Assembly (NCBI GenBank): GCA_023213395.1
Contig: CM041465.1
Coordinates: forward strand, 153,271,741 to 153,335,740
Reading direction: 5' to 3'
DNA from: Cycas panzhihuaensis
Taxonomy: Eukaryota > Plantae > Cycadophyta
Length of the DNA stretch: 64,000 nucleotides
The notes beneath the pieces were generated by a model, which ran no database searches, was not told the DNA's origin, and saw only the letters and a list, made by a program, of their open reading frames with translations. A program made the position numbers and the translations under genes. Shown here in pieces: positions 24,424 through 36,654 of this stretch. Positions within the stretch are counted from its first letter, which is position 1. Every line of letters begins with the position of its first letter.

Positions 24424-27400
24424 CAAGGGGGCAGTGTTTCCTACTTATTAGGAATGGATTAGGATAGTATTACATAGGTAAGTTTATGTATATGTTCTAT
24501 CCCTCATTCTTCTTTACATTCTTTACAACTATTATTTTATGTGATGTTTGTATAGTTGCTTGAATGCTTGATTGATTCATTTGCATGGCTTACCTGTGTA
24601 TGTTTTTGCCTATTAATACTAGGCCTTTAGTCCAATGGTATCATTAATCCCCTATGGTAATTTCCTAGTTGGTAAGAGGTCCCTCATATGCTTCTATAGC
24701 TCAGTTTTTGGATGAGTTCTAGCTTATTTACATTCTTGTGCCACATCTTTTTCTCCTTCTTCCCACCTTATCCATCACTTGATTTGTTTAGGATAATTTG
24801 TTGGGGATTTTGATGGCCTAATCTCCATCTATACTCTAGGACCTTGATTGCCATCATCCCCATGAGGTTCTAACCCAGTTTAGTGATGGTATTATGCATT
24901 TTTACAATTGCCAATGTATGAGATGGTATGAGACTAATTTCTAGATCCTTAGGGAGGAGTTCTAGGCCTCCAACAAGAAGTGTTATCCTTCTTTCATAAG
25001 AATTTATCAATTTTTTATAGGTTCTATTATTTTGATGCCATCCTGCCTGGTTTTTTGTTTGCCCCACTCTAATTGTTATGCCCTATAGATATATTCATGG
25101 TGCGATTGTTATGACTTTGAATGTATCCAAAAAATGGCTAAATTTGCATTTAATGCCCCTCTCACATAGATCTTAGTCTTGGGACCAGGCTAGATCAAGT
25201 CCTAATGGTCCTTATAATCCATTCAAACTCATAAAAACTCTGAATTCTTCATTATTCTATCATCTACAACTCTTCTTCTCCTCTCTCTCTCTCTCTTCTA
25301 TTTTTAGCACTAGCTAATTCAAGAGCAAAAAGTAATTATTCTTGAAGGAAAAGAAGAGGAAAAGCTCAGGTTTTTGGTAACAACAACACCTGCCCAAGAT
25401 CTACACACTATTCCAGTCCTTCCTCTATTCTCTTCTTTCATTTTTTCACCACAAAAGGCATTTAAAGGATGAGAAAAGATGTCCTCCACCAAGGTTTTCT
25501 CATAAAGATAAACTCCACTTACTAAAAATAGGTAAACAACTTGTTTGTTTTAATTTTTTAGCATATTTTCTTGTCATTTACCCTCATTCCTTGTTATATG
25601 ATCCTCTTAGATCTAGTCTAATGCTTAAGGAATCAATTTTCATATGTTTGTTACATAATATCCCCTTTCCAACCTTGGGAAACATCCTCCTTTGGACAAT
25701 AAACCTTTCTCAAGTTCCCACAAGGTTGTTGTAGGAGAAAGTGGGAAGGAAACTAACAAGTTTGAAGGAGTTAGAGAAGGAGAAAGAGGTGCAAAACTCT
25801 AGCTTGACACCCCCTCCATGAGTAATCCCTCTCCTTTTATCCCCACCTTCCTATTCCATTTATGCATGTATAAACTTCCTCCAATACAAGCCTAAATCAA
25901 TTAATTACCCATAGATAATTTGGTGCTTACTATTGGCACTCCATATCCCCACCATTTTACTTCCCTTCATCTTTGGATTCTTGCCTTAAGGAACATACCA
26001 AACCAAGTGATACCTTTTGCTACTTGGGAGATTGTAGCCACATAGGAGGCCTTTCTATTATGAGGCACCACCCTCTTCTCCCTCTCGATTTCATTTTGTT
26101 TCTTACATGTTGAAGTCTCAAAAAGGAAGGTAGATGTATTTGTTTCCTTGTTATCACATGTTAATAACATTGGTATGAATATATCTAGGAAGTATATATT
26201 TGTTGCTTATGGGAAAAGTTCTTTGCTTTGTCTTATAGGTGAGAGGCTTGCTTCCGCTTGCAAATCATTCTTCATCATAAGGTAATGTCAATCACCTTTT
26301 AATACTATAGTTAGGTTAATATTTTTGCTTTATTGCTTTCTTTCTTTCTTTTTAATTGTTGCAACATTACATTTTGGATTCGAGAAAGGTAAGGCAGCCC
26401 CCCTTTTGCACTCTCAACAACTATTGTGGTAACAAAGGAGCTTGTGTCATTAGTAAGGGAGAAGCATATGAGCAACTATGAGATCAACATCAAACGTCAC
26501 ATACCAGGTGCACTCTTCCAAAACCCATCTTGCTCTTACTTACCTCCACTCAAATTCATCTATTGCAACAAAAGTAAAAAGGGTAGTTTGAATATAGCAC
26601 ATTCTTGTTTTTTTTTCTTTGGAAAAAGAAAAGGCACATATACATTCTCTTCTCCTCTCTCCTTTCATGAAATAAGCATAGCAAGGAAGAGATTATTTCT
26701 TCTATTTATGCATGTATATTGCATATACAATTCAAATCTATAACATTAAGTAAAAAGTATTTCTTCCTTCTTCTTTTGTATTAAAAGAAAAATGTTGCAT
26801 AAGCTTCACTTCCTGTTTTTTATTTTTGCATACACATATGCACGTTAAAAAGAAATTGGAAAATAGTAAATGCATTCCTTTCTCTTTACATATATAAGGA
26901 ACACAACTAAGAGAAGGAAATATTACATAGCCTTTATACCCAATTATCATTCTTATGTATGCACATACATGTAAGAAATGAAACTACGGAACATAGTGGA
27001 ACCAAATCACATGTTTCCTTGCATTGAAAAGAAACTTGAAAAGAGATTATTGCAACATTCTCTCCTTTGTTCTTCCTTGCATCCCTTGACCCCCAAAGTA
27101 AAAAGAGAGTGAGGGTGAGTCTTTGTACTTCATAAACTTTATCAAAACAAATATTTTTTTGCAAACTAAATAACCTCATTTCATATAATAAACTACACCC
27201 TAGAAATAAGAAGAGACAACATTACTTCCTCTTGTAACTAAGAGAAACAATAAACATAACTTTGCACCATGACCTAAACCCTAAAGGTAACTCCTTAGGA
27301 AAAATAGAAAAAAACTCCAAACCTTAGTCTTATACTTTTATTCTCATCTTATATACATTTTCTGAAAGGGAGTCCTTTATTGCTTCCTTTCCTAACAAGG

Positions 27401-27480
27401 ATAGGAGAGCCTCACCTAGGCTACTCGGTAACCCAAGGATGCCACCCTTTCCATCACTTATACTTAATAGTTCACCTCAA
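24424..27480 (+). repeat. Probable PPT and long 3' LTR of the Tat element (right end uncertain)
   Basis: aagggggcag followed by TGTTTCC at 24435; the following sequence is non-coding; no second copy to confirm. Confidence 0.35.
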
Positions 27481-29879
27481 CTCTTCAAGAGTAGATAGGG
27501 CAATGTGTGTGTTGCAAGTCCTTGAACCTGCATTCCGATGCATGAACACCCTTTGAGGGTAACCTAATCTTCCTTTACACCTCTAGATCTTTATTTGTTC
27601 ACCTTAGTACCTATTTAGAGTGTCTTATCTTTAGTGACCTCCTAGAGATGTGCTTCTAGACGTATTATGATGTATCATATGATTCATGTACAATGCATAT
27701 TATTTATTATATATGCATTATTTCTCATGATTTATATATGATATGTATTGTGTTTTTAATATGATTCTATGACTTTTAACCTTTGTTAGCACCCCCCTCC
27801 ATATGTCCCCTAATATAATGAAAGTTAATTAGTAGTGTAAAGTTACATATTTCTCTTTTGGTAATGGTCATACCATATGTTGATATATGGTAGTTGTATA
27901 TATCCCTTTTATTTTATCTTTTTGAGTATGTTATTTTATTTTTTAATACTTTTGTGGATACTTGTTAATGAGGTTTTTTACATTAGTTTATACTTACTTT
28001 AGAGTGAAATGTCTATTACTAGCAATGGATTTGACTACTATGGTTTATACTCTTTAGTAGATAGGTTTTTAGAGTTGTAGTTTATTCTCATTATGAAGAC
28101 AAGAAATCCTTAAGTACAAATTAAGGGGAGAATGGAAAGGTTACTCTGACTTATAAAAATAAAAAAGAACCCTCCTAAACTAGGCTATAAATGATGGCAT
28201 TTAATTATATGGGAGGCAAGAAAGTTAGCTTTAATATTTTAGGTTCTTGGAATGTGTTAAGTTGTAATAGTAAAAAATTATATTGATAGGGTAGTAACAT
28301 CATCAAGTAAAGAATGCAAATGGCTCAAATGAGTTTGATAAAAATATGTGAGTTGGTAAACTATGATTTGAGAATCTAAAAATATATTGGTAGGTCTATT
28401 ATGAAAGTTAAGACCATCAATAAGAGCTCCAATGACTTAGATACTTGGCTTTATTATTAGTTACTTGTGGGATGAAGAAGCTAGCATTGGTGAGAATAGT
28501 TCCCCTATGATCATGGATGACCCAAGTTGCAGTGAAAATTCTTGGGTTCCCTTGGCTCCCACCATGAGTATAGATGTTCAAGGCCATAATGGGGAAGGAT
28601 ACAAACTCAGAGACAACATAATGAATAGGAGGAAGGTATGTGAGTCAACTAGGTGGATAGGGGCTCCATGGTTTGGTTTCATCATCATAATCCACATTTT
28701 CCCAACTTAATGTATAACCTTTTAAATGCTAAATAGATTTTGATCATAATTGAGGTCACAGTGGGCCTAAATAATTGGATCCATAGCTCCTATATGATAC
28801 ACATAATCAGATATGAACTACATATTGTAGGTGGAAACAAAGTTGACACACAACATGTCCCAAATGCCAAAAAGGCGCTAACCATTATATACACACATTT
28901 TCTCTCTCTCTTTTCCTTTTATTTTTTTTTCCTCTTGAAAAGGTATCACTCCATATGATGGTTTAGACAAGGGTCAAGGTAAACTTAACATTGTTTAATC
29001 CATTTTCTAGATGGCTCATATCATCCACCCTCATGGCTATTAGGGGATAGGTGTAGTGCATGAGAATGACTAAGAGTGTATTCATGATTAGAAAAACCAT
29101 AGGGGATTAGGATTTAAAGGGATATAAGTGATAAAAATCCTAAAGTCATGCCCTTGAGAGAAAACTTATGGGTATTTATAAGATGTTCAATAAAAGTGTC
29201 TCTCAGGGATAGAAGGGAAGGTCTTGAATAACTAACTATCAAGGAGTAGAAGGGGTACTACCAACAAGGTTTAATTTAGTACTAAGTACCCAATGAACCA
29301 TGAGAGAAATAAAGATAAGACATAACCACTTATGTAGGCAAATTTCTAATTGCTTAGAAGATAAATTATAGATTATAAAGGGTAGATGAGGAGTCTAATA
29401 GGTAGGTCACCAATTGACTAAGGGATGAAGAACAATTTAATTATTGAGAGTATAGGGAAAGTTATTAGGTAGTTTAAATGAGTCAAGAATGAGAGATAGT
29501 ACCACGAATATCTATGACTTATCTAAGGTAGAAGCTACTTGGGCATCGTAGAACACTAAATGAAGAAGTTGACTAGTTACATCAATAATCAAGGATTATT
29601 GTATTAGGCCAAGTTAAGGGAGGATGAAACCTGAAAAGGCTTTGAATAAAGTGAAGAAAGGGGGAATGATGCAAGTATATATTTTTTGTTATTTTATAGT
29701 TTTAATTTTCTTTTATATTTTTTGGATAACAAAGTATATACATTTAGTTTCTACTCATTTTCGGAGTGGTGTCCCCCAAGCATGAGTCTTGGGGAAAGTA
29801 AGATGTTTAACCTAATATAGTTTAGGTCTGTTAATAGGAATAATTTTAGAGTCATAGTTTATTTTTATTATGGATAGAG

Positions 29880-32500
29880 TCTAAGCATAATACTTTCTCA
29901 AAAATTAAGAATTAATGGGTATTTAGAACTCGAGCCCATCAAGGGTAGAGAGACAATAGGCTCCATTATTTAGATATTTAATAACTAAATAAGGGCCTAC
30001 CTACTTGGAGTTAATTTTTTGTTATTTTTCATATAAATATTCAAGTTTAAGTACTTTGTCTCCTACATGAAATTGCCTTAGTCTCAAATGTTGATCATGA
30101 GCTACCTGGGCTTGATGTTTTAAGGCCAAGTTCTTTTCATGGGCATCAAGATGGATTTCATCCATCTTCTTAAGTTCTAAAAGTCTTACTTGCCTCAACC
30201 ATTCTTTGTCAATGAAGTGTTTAAATGATACCTTAAGTGAGGGGATCTTAATCTCTAATGGTAGTATGACTTTAGTTGCATAGACTAATGAAAAAGGAGT
30301 TATCCCTATAGCTATCCTACTTGAAGTACAATAAGTCCACAAAGTAAGGAAAAGTTTAGTATGCCAATCTTGTTGGTAGTCAACAATCCTTTTAGCTAAG
30401 ACCTTTATCAAGGTTTTGTTGAAGGCTTCAATTTGGCCATTAGTCTATGGGTGGTAAGGGGATGATGTCCTATGGGTAATATAAAATTAATTATAAAGTT
30501 TGTTAACTTGAGAATTGCAAAATAGGGTTTTATTATCCATGATGGTAATGTTAAGGACTCCAAACTGGTAGATGATATATTGGAAGATGAAAGTGGTAAC
30601 TACTTTTCTAGTGGTATTTGTCAAAGGGATTGTCTCATTCCATTTTATAAAATATTCAATTATGGTTAGGATGTACTTATGTTTGGTAGAAGATTGGGGG
30701 TAAATTTACCCAATAAGGTCAAGACCCCATTGAGAGAATGGCCAAGGGGCAAGGATTAATTTGAGTGAAGTGGCTAGTTGATGGATCAAAGAGGAATGTG
30801 TTAGCATTTTTTACACTTTTGCATATATGAATGTGCATCTCTAAATAGAAATGGACAATAATAACCCATTTAAAGGGTTCATAAGAATGTTGACTTACCA
30901 CTGAAATGACCACCACAAATGTCATTATGGTATTTGGCCAAAGTAGGGCCCCTAAAGGTGGAAGACATCTTAATAAGATTCCATCAAAAGATTATTTATA
31001 TAATATGTCATCTAAAAGAAGCTATTGATGAGTAAAGGGCCTTATTCTTTTTCTCTTCTTGGAATTGGCATTAGGGGGGTAAGTTTAATCTAAGAGATAA
31101 ATGTGAATGTCATCATACTAGTTATGATCAATGGGGATAATGTCAACTTGTAGGATATGTTTGTCTAGGAGCAAGTCATTGATAATGGTAGAATTATAAT
31201 TAGTAAGTGGTGTTGTAGCTAGATATTTGATAATAACTATTCCTTTCTTGACTTTTAATTAACTACTCTTAAGTCAAATTCTTATAGTAGAAGGGCCCAC
31301 CAACTAGCTCATCCTATTAAGTCCATCTTGGTGAGTAGTAGATGAATCAGATCTGATTAGAGGATCACAAGAGTAGTATTGATTAGCAAGTAATATCATA
31401 ACTTTTTGGTAGCATAAATCAAGGCCAAACACTCTTTTCTAGATGAGGAATAGTTAATCCTGACAGCTACCAGAGTACTACTAATGAAGTACATAACCTA
31501 TTCTTTAAAAAATTCATCTTCTTGGGCTAACATAGCACCCAAAGATTCTTCTATGAAGGTAGTATATAGGATAAATGACTTATTAAAATTAGATGAGGTA
31601 AGGATAAGAGCCAATATAAGGGCTTGTTTAAGCTTACTAAAAGATTCTTGAGTGGTTGAGGTCCATTTAATAGGACACTTTTCTTAAGGAGGTTGGTTAA
31701 GGGTTTAGCATTTAGGGAAAAGCTAATGATGATTTGTCATAAAAAACCAAGTCTATTCAAGAAGGATTTTACTTATTTTTAAGTATGTGATGGTGGCATA
31801 TTAATGATGGCTAAAACTTTATCTGAATCTACAATAAATACCATCTTTAGAGATAATGTTACTGAGCATCTTTCTAGAGGCAACTATAAAACCACATTTG
31901 TAATGGTTTAAATAAAGTTAGTATTTTTGACATCTTTCAAAGATGGTATTTAGGTCATGAATGTGGTCCCCTTGATGATGCGATAGATCTGGCATGTCAT
32001 CAAGGTATACTGCTATAGTATGTCTCAATAAGTCATGAAAGATAAAGACCATGGCTTGCTAGTAAGTTGCACCAGCATTTTTTAGACCAAAGGGTATAAC
32101 CTTATAAAGAAATATATCCCAAGGGGTGATGAAGGCAGTCTTATAGTGGTCTTTAAGTGAGATAAGGATTTGATTAAAGCCTAAAAAATGATCCATAAGG
32201 GACATCACTTTAAAGTTGATGATTTTATCCTAGATCTGATTAATAAAAATGAGTGGAAAATTATCTTTAGGATAAGTGTTGTTTATATCATGAAAGTTAA
32301 TACAAATGCAAATAGAACCATTCTTTTGGCAATGTAGATGATGATGGATACCCATTAAAAATAATTGATAAATTCAATAAATCTTTTCCTAGGAAGCTTT
32401 TCTACTTCTTATTAGATGGTGGAAAAAAGTCATGGGTGAATAGGCCTTTGTTTTTAATGCTTAGGCTTGGCCCCTGGTATAGTAGTGATATTAACAACTA
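29880..32500 (-). pseudogene. Second Tat-like pol remnant (RT, RH, INT)
   Basis: KTAFITPWGYISYKVIPFGLKNAGATY, YLDDM, NGQIEAFNKTLIKVL, ILPLEIKIPSL, KLEYLY shared with 17652-19670. Confidence 0.88.
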
Positions 32501-34589
32501 TGAGGCATTTTATTTATGGGAGTTAATTGGGGTAATATAGGAACTAATGCAAAGGGAATGACATCTATAGGAGAAGGTGTTATATGTAAAGGGGACATCT
32601 AAGCAAGAAATCTCCAATCAAGTTATGCCAAGATATCAAATTAAGGTGTTATGCTTGATTGGGGTATAATACAATTGAGGGAATCAGATATCAAGGGTGG
32701 TATATGTACTAACTCATAGTGTTCCTACTTAGAAGAGGAAATGTTTTGTATGAGAGAAATAATAATCATGTGAATCAATTTAGGTTCTTCAATTACATCT
32801 CATAAAAGAAGTTGTTTCTTATAAAATTTTCATCCACAATGTATAGTCAATCTTTCAACAGTCAGTTTGACATGTCACACTAAAGGGTTTTATTGCTTCT
32901 AACGTCATTGGGTATGAAATGAAGATTCCTAAGTCTACATTTTACCTCCTTCACCCTGTTTGACCTTGTTGCTTATTGTGATAAACTGATGAATGTTTAT
33001 TCAACTCTATTTAGCCTTTGTGATGGTTGTCCTTCTAATCTTTCTTAGCTTATTAGGTGTTGTGGCATCTTAGTTTGTGTATTTTTTGTCTATATCCTTT
33101 ATTTATGTTCCTTCTATTCTGCTCATCTTAGTGTTTATGTTTGTGTTGAATGGCCTACTTGCTTGTCCTTCTATCATTGACATTTTGTTGTGCATATGAT
33201 GACTATGGGATTCATTTCCTTATTTCTATGTTGGGTATGTCAGTAACTACTTTATTATCTTATCTCTCTATGCAATGATTGGCCATTGTATTAAGTGGCT
33301 ATCTCTGCATTAGATATCTTTGATCTTGTGCTTCACACTATGTATTTAATCGATCAAATATAAAGCCATATGTTGCCAAATTGTAGGTCAATATGCAAGT
33401 TTCCTTATGTAGGATACCTTATGCACGGGTCATCAAAATTCATAAGAGGCTTATTTTTTTATTTTTATTTTTATATAGTTTGAAACTTTATAATATAAAA
33501 TATAGAATATTCTTATTTTAATAAAACACCCCTTTCAATAATTTAAAAATTCATCATTTTAATCCTAATTTTAGTATTTTGATTCAATATTTATAATAGC
33601 TTTCATTCAATATTGTAGAGATCCTTTTCAATTCTTTTCACTAGTAGAGATTACATTCCATTGAATTTAATGATCACCAATAAAGAACCTTAAGAGCATA
33701 GTCACTATATAACTTTTTTATCAAGTGTTTAGCTTATAAACACTTTAGTGAGAGGATATTAGAATAGAGGTCTTCATCTTCTATTGTCTTTAGAGATTGA
33801 TTATTAGGTTGCATGTGATATTTTTTTCCTTGCACATGAATTTTTCCACCTACATGTGACATATGTCTGTTTGCATATCTCAAAGCCTATTATTTAGTAT
33901 TTGACTTCCTACATGTCCAACTACTTACAATTTAAACTTTACAACAGGCATATTAAAAATTACCTCCAAAACTGAATAGGTCAACTAAGAAACTATACAT
34001 TAATACATGTCACATATGTAAATCTTAAGCAGCGATCAAATCCTATAAATTAACTAGTAATTACAATTGATAATGTACTATGAATATGCTTTGATACTAA
34101 GATATTATAGTAAGGCATGTAATGAGGATAATAATTGATAGGATTAACTATCAAAATATTATAAATTAATTTTAAAAATTTTGATTTAATCTCTATTAAA
34201 AAAATGTCTCATATTACACAAGTGGCTTAATAATCCTTACTTCTTACTAATGCATTTTATAAAATAACCTATATATACTATATATAATACTTAGGATAAT
34301 ATTAATCATACCTAGTGTAACACATATAAGGTAAGAGACCTAACCCCCATTGACTCAGCACTTCACAAAACATAAAATAACGTTACACTAATATAATACA
34401 AAAATTAAAGAGGAGGTCCATAACCTAAGACATACGCCATAATATTAAATCAAGACCTTGTGTCTATTGATAAAGAAGTTTGATTATAATTAATTCATAA
34501 ACCTTTTTTTTTTTTGAAAAAAGGGGATATAATTGAACTAAAGAAATCATGTAAATTTTAGGATATTTTGCATTTATAATTATATGATT

Positions 34590-35245
34590 TTCATAATTAC
34601 TCTTCATGTTGATGATATCATTTTATTTTCCAAAAACAAAAAACTCTGTAGAAGATTATTTGTTATCTAAATTTATAACAAAAGATCTTGAAGAAATTTA
34701 TTACCATTTCATATTACTAATCTTAAGAAATATAAAAGAGAAAAAGAAATATTTAAGTCAATATATGAACTTAGGTGACACCCTCAAAATTTTTGGAATG
34801 CAAGTTCACAAATTCATAAGAACACTTGTAGATGCCAACTATAAATTATCTCTAGACATATGTCCTTAAAAGGTTGAAGAGGGAAAAGTTAATGGAATTG
34901 GTTCCATATAGGAGTAAAATAGGTAGTTTGATATATATTATGGTTTATGCCAAACCTAGAATTACATTAATAGTGGTAGTAGTAAGTCAATATATGAGTA
35001 AATTAGGTCCATAACATTAGGTGGTAGTGAAAAGTATGTTTAAGTACTTGAAAGGAGCATTTGGGTATGGAATTTGTTACAATAGAAGTAACATGAGTCT
35101 AAGCTTAGATTTATTAGTTGGATACATAGATGTAGACTAGAGTGGTGGTCTCAATAGTGGAATATTAGTAATAATGTATGTGTTTAAACTATTTGTTAAT
35201 ATTATAAGTAGAAATAACAAATGACAACCCATAGTTGTATTATCA
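34590..35245 (+). pseudogene. Very old copia RT/RNase H fragment
   Basis: HVDDIILF, KFITKDL, VVVVSQYMS..GP*H*VVVKSMFKYLKG, GYIDVD*SG. Confidence 0.7.
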
Positions 35246-36158
35246 TCGATTTCCCAAAAATTGAGATTATAGCATTCACCATGAATTAAGTAAGGCAAGT
35301 CTACATTTCAAATTTACATTTCAATTGATTTTCTACTTTGATACATATCTAAATTCACATTTACCTATTATTTGGTGATGGGTATTTGAGTGATTGATCA
35401 ATGATGGTAAGATACCTATAAGTAATACAATGGAAATCATATACCCAAGCCTCATTCAACAAGAAATGAATCCTCAACATATCCTAAGCTCCTTTGGAGT
35501 CCTTTTCCATCTTTTAATCATCATTTTTTATGAATTTATTCTTTGTAAATGTTATAATGATTTCATCCTTTTTCCTAAAACTCCTACTACCATTATAGAA
35601 GTTGATATTATTACATTTTTTACCATGATGTATCTTATATTGTTATGGAAAATATAATGATATAGGCATACCTTTATAAAAATATAATTGTAAGACACCC
35701 TCTTGAATGTTGTTTGGTCATTAAATTACAATGGGATATTGTGCAAAACAATAGTGCAAGGTGTACCATTACACTTTTTACAATGGAACGATAAGCATTG
35801 TTTTAAAAATTATAATAGGATAAGATGTATCATTATGAAAAATAAAATTGTACATCATGCATTATTGAAATTTTATGAGCACTTATCTCTTTCATATTTA
35901 TTGCATTCTTTACCAATTTTTTCTCATCAAAATTAATTTTAGGCTTCAGGGAAGGGGACAAGAAGTTAGTACTCCACCTCTTACTTGTGCCCCAACTCCC
36001 CCTCTCCTTCTTGGATAAAACCATGTGGTTTTACCCTTTATTTTTTGAAAAATAATGGCCCATCTATCCATGGATAAAATCCCATTTAATTCTCCACCAA
36101 ACTAACATTAAATTTTCACCATCACCCCTCCAAACCCAATAATTAATACCATGGGCTT

Positions 36159-36654
36159 TGAGGAGAAAATATAACTGCAGAAGCAATGTGATAATAGAAC
36201 TCTAAACCATGCAAAGAATAAATAACATAAACAAATCAAACACTCAACAAAGAACACTAAGAGATTCATGTCTAAGCATAGACTTTTAATTAATCTAAGC
36301 AATAACTAAAGAATTACATAGATGAATGAACCCCTACTATTCTCCTCAACTCATCCACGACCATATCACATTACATGTGTCGTTACATAAGAATATATAG
36401 ATACAACATTATAAGATACTACCTTGCAGTTTTACAATACAATAGGCATAAACCATAGGCCAACAAAGACCCCCATAAGACACCTAAAAATTTTTCTCGG
36501 GGGCTCCTACCCTTGAACCCCCACTTGGAGGGCTGCTGGCCCCCAAAACCTCCCAATCTGGGGCCCTACAACGGGCCCTAGGACCCCCGCAAAGGGGTTT
36601 GGGTGTAATGCCTATACCCATGTAACACTTGCAAAGTGTTCAACATATCTAACA
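36159..36654 (-). repeat. 3' LTR of the Tork-like element
   Basis: TG...CA termini, direct repeat of 40740-41169. Confidence 0.93.

Noticed and set aside
34088-34099. Degenerate PBS (gctttgatacta) on the minus strand
   Set aside because: Two mismatches, and no definable LTR or coding region
35250-36158. Possible MULE/other transposase remnant (Cys-rich words on the minus strand)
   Set aside because: Motifs too degraded to assign
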